Positions 50,201 through 62,200 of a DNA stretch of 64,000 nucleotides are shown here, piece after piece. The notes under the pieces are model-generated. The model saw nothing but the letters and a program-made list of their open reading frames with translations, was not told where the DNA came from and did not search any database. How positions within the stretch are numbered: position 1 is the first letter of the stretch; every line of letters begins with the position of its first letter. The DNA comes from Tubiluchus corallicola (taxonomy: Eukaryota > Animalia > Priapulida), in assembly GCA_030141605.1 (NCBI GenBank), contig JAQGDQ010000144.1, forward strand, positions 248,001-312,000, in the 5' to 3' direction. The translations under genes were made by a program, and so were the position numbers.

Positions 50201-53200
50201 TAGTTTTTGAACGAAATGCTAGAGAAATCATTTAAACCAGACAAATATAACTGCACCTTTACAGCTGTTCAAATGTAGAATTGTACAAGCTCTTCATAAA
50301 TAGTGGCCTTGTAATGAGGGCAATGATTTTCAGCAGTTGTTATGCATAGTGACTACATTCTATAGAATAACTAGCCAGTTTCGGTTATTCCATGCAGAAA
50401 AATTGCTCAAAATACCTCAAAATATGAAAGTATTGCACATATGATACTTTACATCTGTTTTGATTCATGTACCTATATCAATTAACAAATGTTTAAGTTT
50501 GCTTGAATTTACAAGATGGTAAATTAGGATTAAAATTTTACGTGTGAAGAACGACATAGATGTCTATCAAAAAAAGCTACAGAAAAGCTTTTTCTTTCAA
50601 CTAAATAATTGTATTTTAAAGTAAATGTTTATTCATTTTTTTGTAATGAATTTGATTGTTCTTATTTCAGCATCTCTGGTGGTGAATTGTTTGATCGTGT
50701 TGCTGATGAACACTATAACATGTGCGAAGCTGAAGTTATTCATTATATAACTCAAGTTCTAGAGTCACTCAAACACATGCATGAAAACTATATTGTGCAT
50801 TTGGATTTGAAGGTAATTTTAGCTACAGTAAAAAAATTATGATCCCCTGTAGGTTATTTTTTTACAAAATGGTCAGACAAGTGCTATCATTACTAATAAA
50901 ATATTTGATTAAGTTTTTAAAGAATAGTTGTAACAAAAGTTTTACAATTTTCATTTTACAAATTACAGCCTGAAAACTTGATGTGCATAACAAAGCGTAG
51001 TACCAACATTAAGCTGATTGACTTTGGCCTTGCTGCCAAACTGAACCCGGATGATGTGGTCAAAGTTTCTCAGGGAACAGCAGACTTTTCTGCTCCAGAG
51101 GTCGTAGAAAACGAACCCGTTGGTTTCTTCACTGACATGTGGTCTGTTGGAGTGCTTGCATATGTGTTGTAAGTAACTAAAATGAGGTTGTGGTTGCTCT
51201 TTAATGTTGCATTCTCTTCAATTTGTTATGAGATATAGCAAGACAACTACTTTGTAATTTGTTTGTGAGTCTTATTAATTTCTTCATTCGTTTTGATGTA
51301 ATAACGTGACAACAACAACACAGTTTCGATTGCATTCACAAATTAGAACATTAAAATGGAAGTCTTATGGAAAGCAAGCTAGCTCTGCATAGAAGATATG
51401 ACTCTTGGATGCAATTTTCATTGCATTAGCTCCACAATGTTCAATATAACATAATAGTTTTAGAGAATCCCTGATGGATAATGAAAATTATGAAATAAGA
51501 AATAAATCATTATAAGTTTTCTCTATCTAAGGCAAATTTTAATGAGACTGTCTGTTCTGATATAGAAACTGTAAGCTTTGGGTGTCATAGTTATAATAAT
51601 TTAGTACTTATTTGTCGTTACTTGCACTCTAAAAAGTACATTTGCATATTAGTGTAATTTAATTATTGTCATTACTTTATACAACTTTAAGGTTGAGTGG
51701 ACTGTCTCCGTTTGCTGGTGACGATGATATAGAGACACTGCGTAATGTAAAACATTGTGAATGGGAATTTGACGAAGAAGCTTTCCAGTACATATCAGAC
51801 GAAGGAAAAGATTTCATACGACGTCTTCTTATACATGACAAATGGTATGTGAGATAAGAATTGATACCTGTTGTTACTTATGTCTATGTCTAGGTACTGG
51901 GTGGCAGAATTATGTAAAAGCTCACTTATAACAACTAAATTCGTGGCATTATTGGAAACCTTGGCATTTTGATTTACTTTTTCCCCCTGAATGCCTGCCG
52001 ACAAACTAGTGTTTGTAAATATTCCAAGAAAGTTTCCACACCAAGAAGCATCTGGTTTATTTATTTCTTGAAAACACCAAAATCCAAACAGCAGAGATTT
52101 GCTGCAGTCTGCTGAAAAGTGATATAACCTGGAATATTAGCAACAATATGGACAGACCAGCTTCAACTGTTTTTAGATAGATTTGCCCCACTTTGCTGCT
52201 ATGTTTGCTGGCTGATGTCATTCCCCAAGGAATTTGCTATTCAATATTGTCAACATTCTAACTTGTTGAGAAAGATAGTTTTGTTGAATATGAATGTTAA
52301 AGAGCTAAGCTGATTAGAGAATATTGACTTAATTACAGTGCATATTTCAGGAGACGCATGACAGTTCATGAGTGCCTAGACCATCCCTGGATAAGGGTAC
52401 GTACCTCTAGTAATATGGCATTTAAAATTTTATTGTAAAGCCATCAAAATATTTTGCTAGCGTCGAATGAAATAGTTAATATAAATGTTTACAAATGTTA
52501 ATACAAGTTTACAAATTGTCAATTTAGTAAAATGTGCTTAAAATTTACTTTTGCAGTGTACCAACTGACAATGCAAATCACTGCATTCGAAACATTTTGA
52601 TAGTTGTCAATAAAAGTGCAATAAACAAAGCATTACGATTTCATAATAAATGCGATCCATTTGCTCACTTATTGTGATGTATAATTTCTGCACACTGATT
52701 TCTGACTTTTGTACGAGTGCATTGTACACAACCAATGAATCTGAGAAGTAGACATTTTGTTTCATTAATTTTATTATCACCAAAAAGGTTAAAATTTGTA
52801 CTCCATTAGGTAGCCTGAATGCATGTGTATCAGTAACTTTCCATTTTACTGATTGCTAGTATATACAAAAACATTTTCATTTTCACATTGCCATGCGTGT
52901 ATTTTATTTGTTTAAAAGAATTCTTGTACGTTTAGCAGGGTGTTTGCTATCATACGATTGTAAAAATTTGTATTAAATTTAGTTTCTTGTTTTGCAGGGA
53001 GATCTCAAACATTTGGTTAGAAAGATTCCAGCTGCTCGCTATAATGCCATCAGAGAAGCAATCAAAGCAAGATATGTAAGTTTTTCTTATAAAGTTTTGC
53101 ACTTAATACACTTTTACACTTAATATTCAGAACTGTCGTACTTAGAGAGAAATCTTTGTAAAAACTAAAGTTTGGAGCAAATTGATCCTTTGTAAAAAAT

Positions 53201-56200
53201 TTGAGCAAATTGATCTGTATTTTTATCAAAGGTTATCCAAGGTACATGTGTTAGATTGTTACATAAATATGGCCATTATTACACATAAGTACAAAACATA
53301 TAAGTACAGACATACCTATATAAATTTCAGAGTAACCCATTTCAGATTAAAACAGTTCATATTTTTATAATACTACCATAATATCTTTATGTCTGATTGT
53401 TCTAACTTTGAGTAGAAGAAACTGGTAACGAAGGTCAGAGTAACAAAGGTTCGGAAATAAACTGGATTCTCTGATTATGTATTTTCTACGACCTCATATC
53501 TCATACAAGATCAACTTTTCAAGCTCTACTGACTCACTGATTTTTTTCATGGCTTTTACAATTTTTAACTGATAATTTAAAATGAAATACATGGCAGTTA
53601 TACTCTAGAATAGTCAAAATACTCTAAAAATAAAAGCACTAAATGACATTTACAGGCACTATATGCTTTTAAGACATACCATAGAACAACTGGTAATTAC
53701 ATTTCTTCATACAATTTTCATAATGTTCTGAGAATTTCAAATCTTCCTGTATTGTAACAGGTAAGAACTTGGTGGGGGAAAACTTCTTCTTCTAAAACTC
53801 CAAAACCCCTAACACTGATGGCGCTCTTAAATGCTTATCGACTGGAGATTGTAAATAGGAATCATCGAGATTTTAAGTTAGAGTCATTGAGATTGTAAAT
53901 TAAAGTGCTTTGGCATTATCCAGCAATAAAAAGATTTATCAACAATTGACCAAAACTGCTTTTAAACCATTAAAACTGAAAACCCATTTCTAGCATTTTC
54001 ATGATATTTACATAAATGAATTGGATGCTTGTGTGTATTGCATTATTTGTAAGCACTGTTAAAGCAATACTGTGTATGTGAAAATAGTTTTCTGATGACC
54101 TACGATGTAATCACAGGTGACATCGATGTGAGGTACTTCCTTCATCATCTGCTTTTGCCTAATTTATTCTTCTTTTATTTATTTTTTTATATGGTAATAT
54201 GAAAATTAGGTAATTATATGGTAATATGAAATGAAGAATGGTAATATGTTTATATATATATATATATAAACATATTACCATTTTTTAAAAGGTAACATAT
54301 TACCATATTTTAAATATATATATATATATATAAACATATTACCATTCTTCGACATTAGTCCAAAGTTCAATGTATTCTTAACGTATAATCATTTTACATA
54401 ATAGCCAAATTTTTCATTTTTATAATGTAAGTTTGCCAAAGGTTAACCTTACCCGCACCTTTTGTGTTTTGTAAATAAACACACACTTCCACATTTTAAT
54501 TAACTGTGCTCTTGAAACTTGACATTAGCAATGTTTACACAAACAGTGTAGACCCTTCATTGTAAATAAACAAACATAATGAGGGGTGGCAGAAGATGTT
54601 TACCGTCTCTTGTGTCTTGTACAATCATGGTCAATTAATTTTAGCATAAATACTGCCAACTCTTAAACAAACAAACATAACTGCTCAACCATACGTGGAA
54701 AGTTACGGTTTCAAAATTGACTGTTTGTTGCAGTTTGTGTAGGAAGCATTCATGTCTTGTTTCTTTATGTTATTTTCTTCTTAGTGATATGGAAAGTGTA
54801 AGTTTTACAATGCATTTAGCTTCATATCTCATTAGTTTAATGTGATCAGAATTATTTTATATGGATCAATTTTACTCCCCTATGACTTTTATGATTACAG
54901 TGTCATGAATGAAATTTGTTAATGACTTGAAAAAGTGGCGTAATCACCAGAAAAAGCATTTAATCTCTTCTTTAGTTACCAAGAAAGAATTTCGTCAATT
55001 TCATCAGTCTGTAAAAAACAACTGAACTAGGTTGAACTTGGCTAAGGTCAAAGTGCATCGTAACAAGGTTTATCACAACATCTTAAAATTATTACAAGCT
55101 GTTTTATGTTCTTTTGCTCGTAGTACAAATAACACTCCTAGACTAACTTGGCGGCCTCAGTTTCAGTGACCTCGGTAATGAGATCCAGGCATCTACTCAA
55201 GCATTAATGCAAAATTAATGGTTTATTCAAATAATGTTCACATTGGCTTATTATTTTGGAAAATGTTCGGTGTTGTCACGTTGATTATATTTGCAGGAAG
55301 CATGGCTTGCACCGATCATAGCGCTAGGAAATATTGCCAACTTCAGTTCCTTACGGAAGCTTCGTCCTCAGGAGTACCAGATTATTGACACTCGATTCGG
55401 TAAGATTTGAAGCTGTATTTTTAATGTACACTTGATATTATTTATACACTTTGTTACCTCAGTGCTGGTATGTTATCACGGGGTATTAGAATATAAAAGA
55501 GTAAGAGCATGTATTGTATGGTTAGTTACATTTCTTTGTTTTATGGAGAGTATTTGGGGTGATGGCATTTACCTTGGTTTGTTCAGTCAAAATGTTCACT
55601 TGTTTCAGATCGAAGAGAAGCGGCACCACGGTTTATCTATAAGCCACATAGTACGGTTGCATTGGAGGGCAAAAATGCACGCTTTGAGTGCTATATTATT
55701 GCCTTATCACCTCCCGTAGTAACATGGTAAGAGCTTCTTGTTATTCAAAGTGTATGATTGAGGTTAAAATAAACTGCAGCTGAGATTCAGATTGTGTGCC
55801 TCTGAGTTTTTGTTGTTGCACTTTATTAATGGTATTGTGAATAAATACCAATCGGGAACCAATAGGGTCGATTCAATTCAATTTGTTTTCAATTCAGTTC
55901 AATTCTATTCAATTGGAAAATTTGTTTATCTCCAATACAATCCAAGGCAGTTACAACAGATTGTGTAGAGTCTTGTAGAGGTGGGTGAAATGATCAGTGA
56001 AATTCTAGAAGTAATAATAAAATTAGCTTGATACTCAACAATTACACATGAATATGTATAATATCAAAGCTATGAATATGTATTATACTCTTTTCATACA
56101 TAACATTTTGTGCACTTTAAGCGTGCACATAACATTTTTATGTACTTTATTGTATGTGCTTGTATTTGTAACACATTTTGTAGTGCAGCATTCCTTTCCA

Positions 56201-59200
56201 TCAGTAATTAAATTCTAGCCAAAAAAGCAGAAGTACTACGGACTGGGGGATCTGGCATCCTTTAGATGACATGTGGCCTGCACCTGTGATTTTCTGTGAT
56301 TTTTAATATTCATTATTTTTGCTCATTTTTGCAATCTTGCTACTGCATACAAACGTCAGTGTGAGAAGATGCATGTTATGCAAGCCAACATTTGTGCCAA
56401 TATGATAGTAAGGAGTTACCAGCATTATGATGTATTAATAAAATCAAGCTAGACTGAGCAATAAAGGGAATGTAGACAATCGCAAGTGATACTCAATTTT
56501 TGACAAATAGAAACCTATCCTTTCTACCCTTCTTCTATTATTTGCGCACTCTCAGTCACTAAATTGTTGCCTTGGCCACATGAGCACATCATTTTTTAAT
56601 TTTGTAATTGTTAATGTACTTGTAATTACAGCCATTTGATGGAATATTTATAAATAGAGTAGGGCTTTTTTCCGCTGCAGAACTAATCTCATTCTGTCAA
56701 AATATAGAAATTACATTTCGCTAAATACGCATAACATCATTACAGGTACTTTGGCAGCTATGAAATAAGACAGAGTGTTAAACACATGAAGAAATATTGC
56801 CATAACCACTATGAACTGATAGTGAATCGTTGCACAATGGAAGACGCTGGTGAATATGTGGTGGTTGCACAGAACGCTTATGGAAAGCGGGAAGAAAACG
56901 TATACTTGACCGTACAGAGTAAGTACAATACCTTTAATGCAATATATACAATAATGCAACTCTTAGTAAATGCATCTGTGCTATTAATGTAAAATCAAAG
57001 TCAAAAATTTTGGTTGCAGTTTTTAATTTGCATTCAAATCGTCTTCGGGATTGAAGGAGACGAGTCGCGTATTATGACAAGTTATTGCTTATCTCTACTG
57101 TTTACTTTTGCACTCTTTACTCAAAATTGTATTGTTTAGCTCTTGTTGTACCCTTAGAGCATATATACATCAATGTGTATATGTGTATAATATACTATAC
57201 ACAGTCTATATATATAAAACACAGACACTGCTGCTTCTCTATTGTGATATTCTGTTCTTGTGGTCTTAGGCTTACTTGCTAGCTAAGCCATTGGAAGTTT
57301 ACACTCAATCTATTTTATTCATCCTAAGGTCCAACAATAATTTAAATACTAGGTAGTATCATCAGTGTGGTACATCATTTTATATTACTTACATGCTGAT
57401 GTTGATGATGATGATGGTGATGACGACGATGATGATTCAATAGATACAGACTGTTTTATTATGTGTTATTGGACTTTCCCAGTATGTCCAAAGACCAAAC
57501 ACTCTCAGTCTGCCATTCCTGTTTAGATTGGCAACAGTGCCTGCTTCTCAGATACGTATTGTGCAAAAGATAGATGCTGCACCAGATTAGGAATTATAAT
57601 GTGATAGCCTCTGAAATTCAAGCTTTCATCAAACAATAAGTTTGGACTTTGAAATTGTGACTTTATTATTTCAAAAGCTTTTTGTTCCTTTATGTGTTTA
57701 TTTTGCAAAGTCAAAAATAAGTCATGGTCTAGAAAATCTTCCTGCTTTTCTTACAAGCTGAGAATTTTGCATGCGACAGTTTTGAAAATTTTGTCTGGGT
57801 TTTAAATGTCGGCATTTCAGTGTTTCAGAAATAACTAGCCATCTTTTAGCATCTGTATTACAGGTTATTTTATGTCTTCCGCTTGATTAACTATGTATTC
57901 CATTGCAAATTGTGGGACATGGAAAGCTTAATACTTTGTTTTACTTCAGTGTATTCTTAACTAAACTTTTCCTGTATGTGACTTATTGCATATTGCATTC
58001 CACTGGCAATTTAGTGAGATTTTTATGAAATAAAAAATATAAAAAGTGTCTTTTTGACATGTAAGGTGAAGGATCTGTCATGTTATGTAAGAATTCCATG
58101 AAGGCAGATTAGTAAAATATTTATTAATTGCTATTCACCATTTAGGTAACGGGGACGTTGCAATAAAATCTGGTATTTTTATTTATGTTTTAAACTCATT
58201 GGGTGTTAAATATCATTTGGAACTTCAGAACAATTTGACTTCATTCTTTTGTATATCCCTAAATCCTGGAACCTTCCTGGTAAGTTTCACAAGTTGGCTT
58301 CATTCCATGTGAAAGCAATTAGAGATCCTCTTACATGGTAGGAATTTGGTGGCATGTCGGAATATATAGGGCAGTTGATGACTATAGTTCAGTTATGCCA
58401 TCATGCTAATGGTATGTTGAGCTTGCAATGTGCTTGCCGTAAACACTGTTGCTTGTAAGCGTCGTAAGCAACTGTTTTATCTCCACGAGGCAGACTTGTT
58501 GCCGTGGTTTAATTCACGGCCATGAACTATTTTTATACCAACCACTTAAAATTGTTTCAGAGAGGCGTCTGGTTTTATTTACAGTTTATGTTTTTTCCAG
58601 TCGGCTCAGTAGCATGTTTGTTTTTCATGTTGATTAGCTGTATTAGTGAAGTGCTGCTCACCGTGAGCTTTAGCCTCTTATTGTACATTCCTACTTGCTC
58701 ATCATGCTGCCTATGTCAAATTACTTCTCTAAGAGAATGAGTTTGTATTTACCTGCAGAGATGCCGGAGATACCCGTTGCACCGCGTCCGATCAGTCCTG
58801 AGTACAAACGACGACGACGTACCATGAAGTTCACCAATCTGTTCGCTGAGCTGGAGGAGGCAAAGCCAAAGTTCACGTTCCTTCTCCGCCCTCGATTTAT
58901 CCAAGAGAGTCTCGGATGCAAGCTAATTTGTACTGTGACTGGATCTCCGCGACCAACAGTAAGTTTTTATTGTGTACTTTGAACTGCATATTACATGCAC
59001 ACATACGTTTCCATCTTTTTTCATCTAAAGCTTTGCTACAAAGTATTTTTGCAACAGGCACAACCATAAACAACACTGAAAGGTCTTTTATTGATATTCG
59101 ATTTTTGTGTAAGAAACTTATGCACGTAAATCATGCCTTATAAACCTTTAATTTTTTTACACTAGCACTTATAAAAAAATATACTACTTATATAAATCTA

Positions 59201-62200
59201 CAAAATTCACTCATTATGTTATGTTGAAGAACGTTTCTTCTTTAGTTAAGCTAGTGCTTTAATCAATTTAATCCTGAAGCCAAGGAGAGCCCATTTGCAT
59301 CTCTTCCTCAAGATTTAACTAAACCAATCTTTTTGGATCAATTTACTTTCAAAATGTTGATAAGGAGAAAATCTCGATGCATCACAGACATTCTGCACAG
59401 TGTTCAATGTGACTGACGTAAACAGAAAAAACTGCTTTTTTTGAAACTATACATATCCAAACTTGCTTAAATCAGCAACTACACTTGTGTTTTTGCAACA
59501 AGGAAAACAAGAAAAGGACGTTGCAGACATCCAAAATAGTTACCAAGAATGTAGAAATGGCTGTATCTCTGTAATCAGTTAAACTGAAATCAAATTTTAT
59601 GTTATGCCTATGTTTTGTGTGGTATGAGAAGGCAGTCTGCATACTTTTCGTGAGACAAACCATCAAAACGTGCCAAAGTGAATAGCTATGCCAGTTTACT
59701 ATGTCAGGGAGGCCAACTTACATGTTTTTTGACATCAATAGACTGTGAAAGTGTCCAGTGTGCTTGTCAAGAAAGCAGCCAAGCCAACCATTCAGACGAG
59801 TGGCATAAGAATATTATCTGGGTCAAAGGCAACAATTTTTGTTTTGTGGATGGTCAATTCACACTTAGATCAAACTGCTTCACTATGCCACTTTTTGTAT
59901 TAATCATTTTGGCACTTTGCCAGTCGGAATCCTTAATCCATTGCCTAGTCTAATTGCTTCGCTAATGATTAATTGTGAAGTCGAATATTTCTTACTCATT
60001 GCAATTTTTTTAAATATATTGAACGTATTTTATGACCATAAAAGGAACTTGAAAAGTGGCATCTGTGGTTTCCATGCTATTTTAATCCAAAATTACTGAT
60101 ACAGGACTTACTAGGCATGCACAACATATTAGCTAGCTGTTTTTAGTAGAAGCCAATCAGATGTTTTAATCAGCAGCTGCATATAAATGCATCATTTGAG
60201 TTAGAATCCATCCTCCTGTGTAATTGTTGTTTTCAAAAACATAACCTAATGACCCGACTGGCACTTGTTGTAACTTTTCCTCATTGCCAAATGGAAATTT
60301 TAACCGTAGCTGTGTTTATGAATCAGTTTGTCTGTTCACGCAGCTTGTAACATAAGCTATTTCAGGAAATATTGCAAAAAACTGGTTAGCTAAAATATTT
60401 CCCTTTTGCACTGAGTTCTAATGTTTTCTCACTTTTGCAAATGCCATTTCATGCAGTTGTAAGTTCTGTGCATCTGATGGCTCTATAAATCATTTTGGTT
60501 GTCAGATAAATCATCACTATATTATATTTTAGCTTAAACACTAGTTGAGACATCTGCAAAAGTCTTACATAAGGAAATTGGGTCTGACAAAGTTGTCTCT
60601 TGACAAAACGTCTGTTCACCAGCTGTGACTTGCCCCAAGGTTATAATGATTACCAATCTGAAAGTCGATGACTTTTCATGGGTCCTGCAGATAACCATTA
60701 TCATTACTTCTTCCATAAACCTCCCCAACTACTCAAGTTTGTCGGACCATAAATAGTTAGCATTTTGGCTTCCCTACGAACACATGCCCGAGCATTACTT
60801 TGATGTCAACTTATAATCACACATACACACACACATGCTGCATTTTAGATGCTATGTCACCAAGTATAACTGTGTATCTGGTAATTTATTGCCTCATCAT
60901 TGCATCAAAGTAAAATGTATGCACAGCTCAATGGTTCGGTGACCATCCACTTTCACTAATCATGTTCTGCATTTTATCCCTCAGGTTAACAACAATAAAC
61001 ATCAACCATAATCTCACCCATCTGATTTATTTTATACATTCCTTTGTGAGTATTTGTTTATCTTTTGAGCTTAATAATGATTTTCCACATGTTTGTGTTT
61101 ACTATTTGGATGTCATTAATGGACACCTACAATATATTGAAAAAGTAAATGTGCTTCATACACATGGTAAACTGGTACAGATATTCAGTAATGTATTGCA
61201 CATTTTTGCAAATAACATAAGTTACACCAACAGAGCAGTTTTGGCGCTGTGCATACATTGGAGTAGGTTTGGCTGCAATGATTCTGCATTTAATGATGGT
61301 TCCTCCGTACTTTGTTTTTCTGTTTTCGTTTGTGTATGCTCTCAGCTTCTTCTTCCCAAGCTTCAACTTTTAGCTTCTTCCCTAGAACTGCTTTTAACAA
61401 TATCACGTTTTGGTCAACTATTATCGTACAATTGATATTTTAACAGAAATGTTGTTTTTGCTTGACTTCGCCCTGTTGATTCCGAGCAAAACCTACAAGC
61501 TTTTCTAGTTAGACTATCCGATATTCATCAGTCATTTCCAACATTACTTGTTTTTTCTTTTATTGTATTTTAATGCTATTGAAAGAATAAATATGCGTCA
61601 CTGACATAACTCACTGATAGTTCATAAAACATAGGGCAGTGAATAAAATATTCACTGCTCTACTAGCATTGAAATTTATGAATAAGCTTAATTTTGCTAT
61701 TACAAAGTTATTTACATGTATTCAATACACAAATGTTATAGGTACAATGGTTCAAAGATAACAAGCCCGTAGAGACTGATGAGAAGCATCTGATAGAGTA
61801 CACGTATGGAATTTGTTCATTAGAAATGTATGATCTACAGCTACCCGACAGCGGTGTCTTCTCCTGTGTGGCAACAAACCAACATGGTGAAGATGAGACA
61901 CATTGTCGACTCATTGTTGAAGGTATGGGCAAATCCCATTTTGGATTAATCTAACTGTATATAATATTGTTATGGTAGTTTTCCCTGATTTTCCTTGATA
62001 TAGTAATGTGAAATACACCACAAAAATGTGTTTTATACGTTGTTATTAAATTAGCAATTACTAGACATTAAATTTTACAGTTTTTCTTGTTGTTTTACAT
62101 TTGAACTTTGAACTTTTACATTTTGAAGGTATTCACGTTATGTAAATCAACTTGTCATTTATTTCACAAACAAATTATTATATCCCATTTTCATCAATGC

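Noticed and set aside
57394-57436. Poly-Asp-like stretch as a possible acidic micro-exon
   Set aside because: Simple (GAT)n repeat without usable flanking splice sites; exons 92 and 93 join in phase without it.
58959-61741. Longest intron (2.8 kb) as host of a hidden gene or autonomous transposon
   Set aside because: Only short low-complexity ORFs; I could not identify TIRs, RT/transposase motifs, RNA-gene structure or an Ig exon by eye. A repeat-library search could still find something.
3244-61932. Minus-strand ORFs of 60-112 aa (e.g. 3244-3486, 5372-5668, 11401-11640, 13065-13370, 18858-19130, 40310-40495)
   Set aside because: They are antisense shadows of the + strand exons or AT-rich intron noise. 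No recognisable motifs or coherent splice structure, so no nested antisense gene is supported.
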